A stretch of DNA of 64,000 nt from NCBI GenBank assembly GCA_900543095.1, contig UQQD01000001.1, positions 41,836 through 105,835 on the forward strand, read 5' to 3'. The notes beneath the pieces were generated by a model. The model was not told where the DNA came from. It saw only the letters and a program-made list of their open reading frames with translations, and searched no databases. The position numbers were made by a program, and so were the translations under genes. The stretch comes from an uncultured Ruminococcus sp. (GTDB taxonomy: Bacteria; Bacillota; Clostridia; Oscillospirales; Acutalibacteraceae). Position 1 is the stretch's first letter; each line of letters begins with the position of its first letter. Shown in pieces: positions 28,427 to 37,163 of this stretch.

Positions 28427-31084
28427 GTGAAAAAAATTAAAAAAATATTTGCTGTATTTTCAGTAATTGCAGTCATAGGGTGCACTTCTGTTTTTAATGT
28501 CGGAGCGGCATCCGTTTCCGATGGAATAAAGGGTGACATTCAGGCAGTAGAAACAAATGATACCGAAGCAGAAGTAACAGCAGAAATTAAAAATTCAAAT
28601 TATTATGCTATCGATGACATTAACTACAAACTTACTGTTTCTGATAATGCAGAAATAGTCGGTGAAAGTCAAAAGAACGGTATTACTCTTTCGGAAAACG
28701 AAAGCGATTCAATGAATACAAAAGTTGCCCTCAAATCAAAGGCAGATCAAAAAGCTTCGGAAACTGTCCCCACAGAAAATCAGGGTATAACATCTGCCAC
28801 ATCTGCAACCGAAAAAGCCGTAACGGTTAAACAGCCGCAGAGCACAGACAACGGAACTGTTAAAACAGGAAATGCTTCTTCTTTCACAATCACTTTGTCT
28901 GTAGTTATTCTCTTTGTCGCACTCTTAATAATTATCTTGAAAATGCGTGGCAAAAAGGCTTTGATGTCGTTAGTTCTTACAGCAACTCTTACCGTATCCT
29001 GCACGGCTGTCGGTATCAGCACAATTTCAGCAAATGCGGCTGAGGAGTATTCCTGTTTTACGGATGTTTCAGAAATAAAAATCGGAAACGAAAGCGTTAC
29101 GATAACGCTCACAGTCGAATATCCGAAGCAGGCAGAAATTCACGATAACACTCTTGCCGACATTCAGAAACTTAACAATAATCAAGCCGAGGTTATTATT
29201 AATGAAGACGGTGAGATTACTTTTATAAGCGGTAAATTCACGGATTACAAGGTTACAAATGTCGATACTGCTTTTTCCTCACTTCAGGCGGTTGAAACCT
29301 TGTTGGGAGCGGATACATACGACTTTACTCTGCTTCCCGTAAAAACAAATGTAGATACAATCACAGGCGATACATATTATAACTTTGAACAATTTTACAA
29401 CAACTATGCAATAAGTTCTTCGTATGTTGTCGTCGGTGCAGATAAAGACGGCAATACAATTTCTGTTGCAAGCTCACTTGAAAAAAATCTTTCAGATGAA
29501 TTGATCGGAGTTGACACATCAAAGCTTATTTCTTCGGATGATGCAATAAACACGGCTTTAAAGGCTTTGCCTAATCTGGAACTTTCCGAAGTAAGAAATC
29601 CTGAACTTGTGATTGATTCGGATTTCAAAAGATACTGTTGGTATGTATATGTCAACAACCATGGATTGGAGGGCAGTGCTACCGAAAGCTTCAGTTACCT
29701 CAAAATTACCGTTGACGCAGTAAATGGTGAATTTTTATCATACGCCCCATTGTCCTCGATTGAAAGTGATAATACCGAAAGCTATGATGCAGACCTGTAT
29801 TTTAAGAATATAAAAACCGAAATGATGGACTATACTGCGGCAGACGGTTCAACAGTTCAACTCCCAACAACTAAAAAGGCAAACGGAAAATATCAGATTA
29901 TTGATACGGAACGAAAAATATATACAGCTGAGCCTCTTGATACGGAGATGAGCAATCTTCTTACCGCAGGAGCATACACTTTTGACAGCCCGGAAGATGT
30001 CCCCGAAAATGTTGTTTCGTTTGTTGACAACATTATTAAAACATATGATTATTTCAAATCAAAGGGCATAACTTCAACCGACGGAAACGGTGTTCCGATA
30101 AAAATATATATGGGATACTACAAAGCATCAGACGGTCAGGAAGTGGCAAATGCCGTAGCCATAGGCAATGCATTCGGCTTCAGCTCATTTATATGCAGCA
30201 ACACTCCTGTTTCAAGATCGCTTGATGTTGCGGCACACGAATACACACATTCATTCAGAGTTGCGGCAATAGGCTCAATGACTTATAGTAATATAACAGG
30301 AGCCTTAGAAGAATCTTATGCCGACATAATGGGTAATCTAACGGAGATGTCAATCAACCCCGAGGGCTGCGATACCGAAAACTGGCTTGTCGGTGAAAGC
30401 AGATTAGGCACAGCAATCAGATCAATGTCAAATCCGGAAGCTTACTGTCAGCCGTCATCGGTCGGCGGTCCGTACTTCTATTATTCGGGGGATGTACTGT
30501 CACAAAGCCTTGATAACGGAGGAGTACACATCAACAGCGGTGTCCTGAATAACATAGCTTTCAACACTTACCAAAAATCTGACTATTCATATGACGAATG
30601 GTTCGACATTTGGCTTAATTCATGCTATGCGGGAGTTGCAGATTTCAATCTGAATGATGTAAGAGGATATGTAAGGCACATTGCAAAGCGACACGCTCTT
30701 AATGAACTTTACGATTTATTTGAGCAAGAATTCATAAACGCAAATGCAGTAAACACAGATACTTTAAAATGGAACGGCTTCCAAAACTTTGAGGGTTACA
30801 AGAAAGCCCAAATAACAGTCAATAATTTACCCTCAGACTGTGATATTTACGGAGTTATAGCTGTGAATCTTGAAAAATCAGACAACACAGTTAAGCTTCT
30901 GCTGCAAAACAGCGGTAAGAATATGTTGTGCAAGGAATACGATATTGTCGGTCAATCAACGCTTACAATTGTTTGTCAGAGAACGGTTGACAATAAAACA
31001 GAGTTATCGTATTTCCGCAAAACCTTTGAGAAAAACGAAGATTTGTCAAATATAACCGTAGATTACAGCGAATTTATAAGCTAA
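28427..31084 (+). CDS. M4 (thermolysin-like) zinc metallopeptidase. It has an N-terminal surface module, an internal sorting-signal-like TM, and a second signal-peptide-like segment
   Basis: GTG start with GGAGG RBS. HEYTH zinc motif plus ExxxD (EESYADIMG). An internal VKTGN + TM + KMRGKK, followed by a signal-peptide-like segment ending in ANA, at aa 150-205. Confidence 0.7.
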   Translation: MKKIKKIFAVFSVIAVIGCTSVFNVGAASVSDGIKGDIQAVETNDTEAEVTAEIKNSNYYAIDDINYKLTVSDNAEIVGESQKNGITLSENESDSMNTKVALKSKADQKASETVPTENQGITSATSATEKAVTVKQPQSTDNGTVKTGNASSFTITLSVVILFVALLIIILKMRGKKALMSLVLTATLTVSCTAVGISTISANAAEEYSCFTDVSEIKIGNESVTITLTVEYPKQAEIHDNTLADIQKLNNNQAEVIINEDGEITFISGKFTDYKVTNVDTAFSSLQAVETLLGADTYDFTLLPVKTNVDTITGDTYYNFEQFYNNYAISSSYVVVGADKDGNTISVASSLEKNLSDELIGVDTSKLISSDDAINTALKALPNLELSEVRNPELVIDSDFKRYCWYVYVNNHGLEGSATESFSYLKITVDAVNGEFLSYAPLSSIESDNTESYDADLYFKNIKTEMMDYTAADGSTVQLPTTKKANGKYQIIDTERKIYTAEPLDTEMSNLLTAGAYTFDSPEDVPENVVSFVDNIIKTYDYFKSKGITSTDGNGVPIKIYMGYYKASDGQEVANAVAIGNAFGFSSFICSNTPVSRSLDVAAHEYTHSFRVAAIGSMTYSNITGALEESYADIMGNLTEMSINPEGCDTENWLVGESRLGTAIRSMSNPEAYCQPSSVGGPYFYYSGDVLSQSLDNGGVHINSGVLNNIAFNTYQKSDYSYDEWFDIWLNSCYAGVADFNLNDVRGYVRHIAKRHALNELYDLFEQEFINANAVNTDTLKWNGFQNFEGYKKAQITVNNLPSDCDIYGVIAVNLEKSDNTVKLLLQNSGKNMLCKEYDIVGQSTLTIVCQRTVDNKTELSYFRKTFEKNEDLSNITVDYSEFIS

Positions 31085-31087
31085 TAA

Positions 31088-31172
31088 AAAGCCGCACAGC
31101 AATCCACCCAAAACAGTTAGCATTTAGCTTAACTTTTGCGGAGTAGGTAACGCTGTGCGGTTTTTATTTTAT
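31088..31172 (+). terminator. Terminator (long hairpin + T-run)
   Basis: GCCGCACAGC...GCTGTGCGG followed by TTTTTATTTT. Confidence 0.5.
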
Positions 31173-31298
31173 CTTGCGACTTAACAATATAGGCGCATTG
31201 ACCGTTTGTTAGGCAAATCAAATCCTCGGGGTAGGTTTCGACCTGACAGCAGATTTTTACCGCACCTACAATAATTTTAGGAATTGATTTTTCAGTAT

Positions 31299-31336
31299 AA
31301 AAATGCCCCCAAAAGTATCCGAGCTTTTGGGGACAT
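31299..31336 (-). terminator. Rho-independent terminator for the minus-strand zinc-ribbon gene
   Basis: On the minus strand, CCCCAAAAGCTCGGATACTTTTGGGG followed by GCATTTTT. Confidence 0.6.
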
Positions 31337-31341
31337 AAAAT

Positions 31342-31944
31342 TTATTCAGGATTATTTTCCGTTGCAGTCGGCTCATTGGACTGAGCAGGTTGTTGTACCG
31401 ATGGTTGTTCAACAGTTTGTTGAGTCGGTTGCTGAACAGGCTGCTGGATTGGTTGCTGTGCAGGCTGTTGTATAGGCTGCTGAACAGGTTGCTGGATTGG
31501 TTGCTGTGCAGGCTGTTGTATAGGTTGCTGAACAGGCTGTTGTATAGGCTGTTGCATCGGTTGCTGCATAGGCTGCTGAACAGCATTTTGCGGAATTTCG
31601 CCGACTCTGTATTCAAGACGGTGCCTTAAAGGCTTGTGGCACTTCGGACAATAAACAAAGCCGTGCGGATACCATGCGCGATAACCGAGATCTTTAGTTC
31701 TGTACTCAAAGGTGCAAAGACAATATTCGCACTGAACCCTAAAAACGGGATCGGGGGTGTTAATTACGTTTACTCCGCCCTGAGTATATGTGACCTGAGG
31801 CGTACCGTTCTGAGGATACGGTGCTGCTTGAGGTGCAGGATTTTGTTGTGTGTTTGGTGCAGCCTGAAAAACAGGGGTGCCGCACTTGCTGCAAAATCTG
31901 TCTTGCGGATCAATCTGATTGCCGCATTTTGTGCAAAAACTCAT
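31342..31944 (-). CDS. Zinc-ribbon protein with QQP(I/V/A/M) tandem repeats and a second Cys-rich ribbon
   Basis: N-terminal CxxC...CxxC, a 12-fold QQPxQQPx repeat, and C-terminal CEYCLC...CPKC. Confidence 0.5.
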   Translation of the reverse strand: MSFCTKCGNQIDPQDRFCSKCGTPVFQAAPNTQQNPAPQAAPYPQNGTPQVTYTQGGVNVINTPDPVFRVQCEYCLCTFEYRTKDLGYRAWYPHGFVYCPKCHKPLRHRLEYRVGEIPQNAVQQPMQQPMQQPIQQPVQQPIQQPAQQPIQQPVQQPIQQPAQQPIQQPVQQPTQQTVEQPSVQQPAQSNEPTATENNPE

Positions 31945-32093
31945 TTTATATCTCCTTGCATTATTTATTAGGTGATTCCCATATATTTATATTATCAATT
32001 AATGAAAGTGTTGTCAACAGAATTTATGTCATATTAGGTAAGAATAAGTAATAATTAGATAGAATTTTTGTTTTCCGAATTTTTAAAACGGTA

Positions 32094-32122
32094 TTGACAT
32101 ACTTTTTGTAAAATAATAAAAT
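32094..32122 (+). promoter_or_regulatory. Sigma-A type promoter for the large dockerin protein gene
   Basis: TTGACA, 17 nt, TAAAAT. Confidence 0.5.
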
Positions 32123-32130
32123 TTAATTGG

Positions 32131-32290
32131 ATGATTTTAACCGGAGCAACTTTCTTATTTGTTTGCAGGTCAGAGCCTGCGACAGACTGCAAACAGTGCA
32201 GGTAGCATTATTCTCTCAGGTTTTCAGAGGAAGGTATCTGTATTTAGGCCATTATCGCCACTGATATATGCTCTTAGGTTATATTTATGC
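32131..32290 (-). repeat. Family-1 modular element, copy J (minus strand, upstream of the 31944 zinc-ribbon gene, antisense to the plus-strand leader)
   Basis: Reverse complement reads AAATATAACCTAAGAGCAT ... TGCACTGTTTGCAGTCTGTCGCAGGCTC ... TTGCTCCGGTTAAAATCAT. Confidence 0.6.
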
Positions 32291-32305
32291 TTAAGGAGAT
32301 CTTTT

Positions 32306-35300
32306 ATGAAAAAATCGTTAAAAAAATCAGTTTCTGTTTTTTTATCCTTGATAATGGTATTATCGGTCTGCAGTGCGGGCTTTTGCGTTTCAAATGCCGC
32401 CGTGGCAGAGGAAGAACCGCTCGGAGTTCCAGTAATAGACGCTGAAGAAACAAAGACCGTGATTTCATTTGATAACGGCAGTACGGCTAAAATCAATAAT
32501 GCACCTGATGTTTCCAAGCTTGAAAATCGGCAGATAGTCGAAAATATTGCCGGCTATGAGGTTTTTTATGACGGCAACAGCATAATGGACGTTACCTTAA
32601 ACGACGTCGTGTCATCCAAAACCGCAACCGAAACCAAAGCGCCTAACGGTTATTATTCCGTCAGATTTGATATGCCCGATACCAACAAAGAAGTTTTTCT
32701 TACGGGACTTACGCCTGATAATATGGAATTGATTCAGGAAAAATTGATAGACAGCTATACAAGCGACAAAGATTTTACGCTTGAATCCTTTGACTTTATT
32801 GACACTGAAAAAACAACGGCGTCAAATGATGACGACAATCTTTGTTGGGCGGGCGTTGCTTCCAATCTTTTGCATTATACAGGCTGGGGGGCAAAGGCAG
32901 GCTATAAAACCGAGGATGATTTGTTTGACCTTTTTGTTGACAGCTTTAACGACGGCCCCTATTTTATTTCAAACGGATTGAGTTGGTTTTTTAACGGTTA
33001 TGAGAATATAATATCAAGCTTTGATCCAAATGATGCAACTGTCAAGAAACCGAACTCCGGAGCATTTTTGCCTGACTATGCCTATGATAAAGTCGGAAGT
33101 GCGAACTTCTTTAATGACGATTACAGCAATTCGATAAAACTGATAAAACAAGCCCAAAAGGATCTTAAAGACGGCAGTGGTGTCGGTATAGGCGTGGGTT
33201 GGCTAAACGGTGACAGCTTTAACGGCGCCCATGTTATTTCCTGTTGGGGTTATGTAAATAATAATGATTACAGCGAAGACGTAAAGGAGCATTACGAGGC
33301 ATTTATTATTTCCGATTCCGACTCGGATGAAAGAGCGGATTCAAACCGCCGTACAGCTCCGAATAAAATTAATATAATTCATTCATCTCCATATTCTGCG
33401 GCAGGATTCAACACATGGCTTTTTAAAGGATACGGCAGCGGATTGCTTTATTCAGTTGATTCAATAAAGCCTTACAGCGATGACCTTGAAAAGGAAACCT
33501 CACCGAGGGCAACAAAAAATAAAAACAGTACTGTGGATTTCTTGGCAGACGGCATTAATGTATCTTCCGCAGATGGAACTTCATCGGATAGCCAAAAAAC
33601 CCTTTTCAGCGATGATGAAATATATTTAACAGCTGTTGTTGCCAAATCCAACATTATAGCGTTTAACGGAGAATGTGAGTTTTCTTTTAGGATATTAAAT
33701 GATCTTGGCAACGAAGTGTATACCGCAACACAGCGAAAGAGTTTGAATACAAACAACGGAGTTAAATTTTATGTCGGTCTAACTGACAAATCTATCCGAC
33801 TTTCCCCCGGAAGCTATACGGCGGAATTAACGGTAAATCCGCAGGAAGAGATAGAGGAAGCGTATTATTACAACAATATGTGTTCAACTGAATTTGTGGT
33901 TGATACAGATGAAAAACCAAACTATGAGTTATCTGTGTCCGCCGATATAGCCGATTTTAACGATCTTGACCAAAGTGAAGCTAAGATCAGCTATCAAGTT
34001 TTTGACGAGATACTTCCCGACATATCGACTGTTGAATTGTACTTGTCTTATTATCAGGATGAAAATTGGACATTGTGGAGAAACGAAAAGAGAGGTTCTC
34101 AGGGTCTTCCGCTGGGCTCTGCGCCCGAAGCTGTTGCATCGCCTGTTTCTTCTTTTGAGGAGGATAATGCCGAGGATTCCATGTTCATTTACAAGTGTTC
34201 CGTTTCAAAAATCGGTTCAAAAGTCAAGTTTTTGGTAAAAGTAACTCTCACAAACGGCAAAACAATAAATGTATATTCTCCGGAATATGAACTGTATTAT
34301 TCAAAAATACTGTATGTTGATGACGATAAAAATACGGGTACATATTCAAATCTTGAAAACGGTGCGACAAAATTGGCAGACGGCGAACAATTCTGCTTTT
34401 CAATTAAAAACGCTTCAACATACGACAGCGGTGTAATAAGCGGTTATTATGTGTTGGCGTTAAGCAACGAAACTCAAACTGTTGATATTACCGATCCTCA
34501 GTATTTCAGCTTGTCTTACGGAGAATCAATCAATTCAATTACAATAGACAGTTGGAATGACGGTTTACCGCTCTCAGGAAAATACAGCGTACTTGTAAAT
34601 GTTTATACTGATGACGGAGTTTTTAATTCGTGCAACAATTTAGGCACACTGTGTTTCAGGGAGCAGAACGGCATAGTTGTTGATACGGCTGACGATGTTT
34701 CCGATGATTATGACGGCAAGACATCGCTGCGAGAAGCAGTTGAGTATTATATTGACCGCAATTTGGTTGATGAATCCATTACGGTTTCCGAAAATTTGAA
34801 GAATGGTTGCTTGAATCTTAATTCTCCGATAAAAATTGACGCTAAGGTAAAAATTGACGGCTCGTCAAATTACGAGCAGGGTGGCAAAAGCTATATTTCA
34901 GGTACCTATATTCAGTCTTACTCCGGAAGTTTATTCAATATAACCGACAGAGGAGAGCTTAATCTGAACGGATTGACTTTGTCAGGGGTTATGGCAGACT
35001 ACGGCGGAACGGTAAATAATAACGGCGGTAAAGCAGAATTCAGCAATGTGAGATTTTTCAATAGCTCTGCAAAAATCGCAGGCGGAGCGGTTTATTCAAG
35101 CGGAGGTATATTGACATTTAAAAATTGTACGTTCAAGTTGAGTTCTTCAGAAAACGGCGGAGCGGTTTTCCTGACTGACGGCGCAAAGGCAGATATGCTT
35201 AATTGCACTTTGTTCAGCAATATGTCAAACAACGGAATAATAACCAATAACAGCGGAAATTTGAATATTGTCAATTCAACATTCACTGAAAATACTAATT

Positions 35301-35926
35301 CTGCATCGGTAGTATCAAACAAAAACACAAATATGCTGGGATGTATCGCAACGGGCAATTACAGTACATATGACCTTGAGGGTAAAATAAATGTATATGG
35401 AAGTTTTATCGGAAAAACAGATAAATATGTAACTGCCGTAAATTGTGAAACAGGCGGTATAGATGATATTTTTGTTACTCAAAACGATGAGGTGGAATAT
35501 GGACTGATTTATAACGGCATTGAGTGCGGACTCCTATTTTACAGACCGTATATTCATGATAAAAAGGGTATAAGCGTAAGCGTTAAAAACGAAATACTCG
35601 AATATTCGGACGGCGTTCAAACATTCAGTACAAATATTCCTGCCGCATTTGACGCTGAGGATTATCAGCTTGATTCAATAGGCGATCAAAGAGGATGTGT
35701 TTACGGCAGTTTTTCATATGTGCCTTATAGGTCCGAATTCATCGGAGATGCCAATATGGACGGAAAGGTTAATATTAATGATGTAACGTGTATTCAAAAG
35801 TACCTGTCGGAATATATCACTCGTGATAAAATAGACTTAAATGCTGCAGATGTAGATATGAACGGCGTTGTCACTATAAAAGATGCAACGTGTCTGCAAA
35901 AAAGACTTACGGCGATGACGGTATGA
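32306..35926 (+). CDS. Secreted multidomain protein: putative papain-like Cys peptidase domain, right-handed beta-helix repeats, C-terminal type-I dockerin
   Basis: Signal peptide MKKSLKK... A CWAG Cys motif and GAHVISCWGY His region. NxxGGAxxxSxG beta-helix repeats. The dockerin is DANMDGKVNINDVTCIQKYL...DVDMNGVVTIKDATCLQKRL. Confidence 0.6.
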   Translation: MKKSLKKSVSVFLSLIMVLSVCSAGFCVSNAAVAEEEPLGVPVIDAEETKTVISFDNGSTAKINNAPDVSKLENRQIVENIAGYEVFYDGNSIMDVTLNDVVSSKTATETKAPNGYYSVRFDMPDTNKEVFLTGLTPDNMELIQEKLIDSYTSDKDFTLESFDFIDTEKTTASNDDDNLCWAGVASNLLHYTGWGAKAGYKTEDDLFDLFVDSFNDGPYFISNGLSWFFNGYENIISSFDPNDATVKKPNSGAFLPDYAYDKVGSANFFNDDYSNSIKLIKQAQKDLKDGSGVGIGVGWLNGDSFNGAHVISCWGYVNNNDYSEDVKEHYEAFIISDSDSDERADSNRRTAPNKINIIHSSPYSAAGFNTWLFKGYGSGLLYSVDSIKPYSDDLEKETSPRATKNKNSTVDFLADGINVSSADGTSSDSQKTLFSDDEIYLTAVVAKSNIIAFNGECEFSFRILNDLGNEVYTATQRKSLNTNNGVKFYVGLTDKSIRLSPGSYTAELTVNPQEEIEEAYYYNNMCSTEFVVDTDEKPNYELSVSADIADFNDLDQSEAKISYQVFDEILPDISTVELYLSYYQDENWTLWRNEKRGSQGLPLGSAPEAVASPVSSFEEDNAEDSMFIYKCSVSKIGSKVKFLVKVTLTNGKTINVYSPEYELYYSKILYVDDDKNTGTYSNLENGATKLADGEQFCFSIKNASTYDSGVISGYYVLALSNETQTVDITDPQYFSLSYGESINSITIDSWNDGLPLSGKYSVLVNVYTDDGVFNSCNNLGTLCFREQNGIVVDTADDVSDDYDGKTSLREAVEYYIDRNLVDESITVSENLKNGCLNLNSPIKIDAKVKIDGSSNYEQGGKSYISGTYIQSYSGSLFNITDRGELNLNGLTLSGVMADYGGTVNNNGGKAEFSNVRFFNSSAKIAGGAVYSSGGILTFKNCTFKLSSSENGGAVFLTDGAKADMLNCTLFSNMSNNGIITNNSGNLNIVNSTFTENTNSASVVSNKNTNMLGCIATGNYSTYDLEGKINVYGSFIGKTDKYVTAVNCETGGIDDIFVTQNDEVEYGLIYNGIECGLLFYRPYIHDKKGISVSVKNEILEYSDGVQTFSTNIPAAFDAEDYQLDSIGDQRGCVYGSFSYVPYRSEFIGDANMDGKVNINDVTCIQKYLSEYITRDKIDLNAADVDMNGVVTIKDATCLQKRLTAMTV

Positions 35927-35928
35927 CT

Positions 35929-36076
35929 TAAGTGCAAGTGACACCTGCCTCTAATTGCATTGCTGATTGTGGGTAAGTCGGAACATTTCTGCAATTTAAA
36001 AGCAAAGGGACTGTCGCATTTAGTGCAGAGCAAAGAAAACGCTTTCTGCATATAAATGCTACAGCCCCTTTTTGGT
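35929..36076 (+). repeat. Family-2 element, copy H (CTTAAGTGCAAG start, long hairpin GGGACTGTCGCATTTA...TAAATGCTACAGCCCC + T-run)
   Basis: It shares its 5' start with family 1 and ends in a terminator-like hairpin. An inverted homolog lies at 50020-50145. Confidence 0.6.
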
Positions 36077-36123
36077 GTAGGGTTTTGTTGAAAATATTGC
36101 CGAAATATGCTACAATATTAAAA

Positions 36124-37119
36124 TCAGATGTTAAGGAAGTCGAAGATGTATTTATAATATTCTTCAATTATAGGATTTGAGCAGGTAAAAATCGTGTGGT
36201 TTGCGTTTTTAATGGTTACAAGCCGACAGTTTTTGAGCCTTTTTGCAAGTTGGTGCTGAGGCTTTAACTTAACTACCTTGTCATTTTCCGCACTTATGAT
36301 AAGCACGTTTGTTTTAATCTTTGAGTCGAGTTTTCGGTTTAATATCTGATTTTTAACGCTCATAGACTCCATTACCCAACTGTTTGTGGGATAATTGTTT
36401 TGATAGTTTTTATCGTAAATATGAAAGAACAGCGTCCTGCGAAACCTGCTCAGGCTTAATGTAGGGTCTGAAAGCACCTGAGAGCTCGGGTTTGGATTTT
36501 TATCCTTTGCCTGCCTGAACCTTGCGTTCCAGCCGTCCTCTTCTGCGTATTTTTTGAGAGATTTGCGAACAAGGAACGCAGGAATATTGCTGGTTTGTGG
36601 AAACACAAGCGGAGATGAGAGCACTGCCTTTTGAATAGTATCGCCGTGCTTTTGAAGATAGAGCATAGCGACCGCTCCGCCCATTGAATGGGTATAGAGC
36701 CATATCGGCAGGCTTTTAAATCGTGGAAGCACAACCTCATTCATAATCTGTTCAAGGTCTGATACATAGTCAAAGAAATCGTTGATATGAGCAAGGCTTA
36801 TGTCATTAACCTCACGTCCCGATATTCCGTGACCTCTTTGGTCATAGATAAAGACATTACAGCCCATATTTAAAAAGTACCAGATATTTTCTTCGTACTT
36901 TTTCATAAATTCTGTAAAACCGTGCAATATAACGACAGTTGCTGCTGCATTTTCGGCTTCGTAATATTTGTAGCGGATAACGCAGTTGTTTTTAGCGTTT
37001 ATACTGCCGCTGTTTTCATAATTTTCAAGAGCTTTGCTGATTTTTTCTATTTTATCGGTAAACTCTTTTTCAGGTATTATTTCATATTTGTGATCAGGCT
37101 TAAAAAGCATTTTATTCAC
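36124..37119 (-). CDS. Alpha/beta hydrolase (lysophospholipase/monoglyceride lipase-like)
   Basis: HGFTE oxyanion region and HSMGG nucleophile elbow. Confidence 0.7.
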   Translation of the reverse strand: MNKMLFKPDHKYEIIPEKEFTDKIEKISKALENYENSGSINAKNNCVIRYKYYEAENAAATVVILHGFTEFMKKYEENIWYFLNMGCNVFIYDQRGHGISGREVNDISLAHINDFFDYVSDLEQIMNEVVLPRFKSLPIWLYTHSMGGAVAMLYLQKHGDTIQKAVLSSPLVFPQTSNIPAFLVRKSLKKYAEEDGWNARFRQAKDKNPNPSSQVLSDPTLSLSRFRRTLFFHIYDKNYQNNYPTNSWVMESMSVKNQILNRKLDSKIKTNVLIISAENDKVVKLKPQHQLAKRLKNCRLVTIKNANHTIFTCSNPIIEEYYKYIFDFLNI

Positions 37120-37163
37120 TCCGATATATTATAGATTAAAACACCGAAAAATGGGGAACAATA

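Noticed and set aside
31390-31629. Leucine-rich ORF (LLYRLLNRLLDWLL...) on the plus strand
   Set aside because: It is an antisense read-through of the QQPxQQPx repeat of the minus-strand zinc-ribbon gene. It is a low-complexity artifact.
35928-36167. 79-aa and 82-aa ORFs (35928..36167 minus, 49958..50206 plus) with similar peptides
   Set aside because: The similarity arises from inverted nucleotide copies of the family-2 element. The sequence is hairpin-dominated and has no RBS, so it is not protein-coding.
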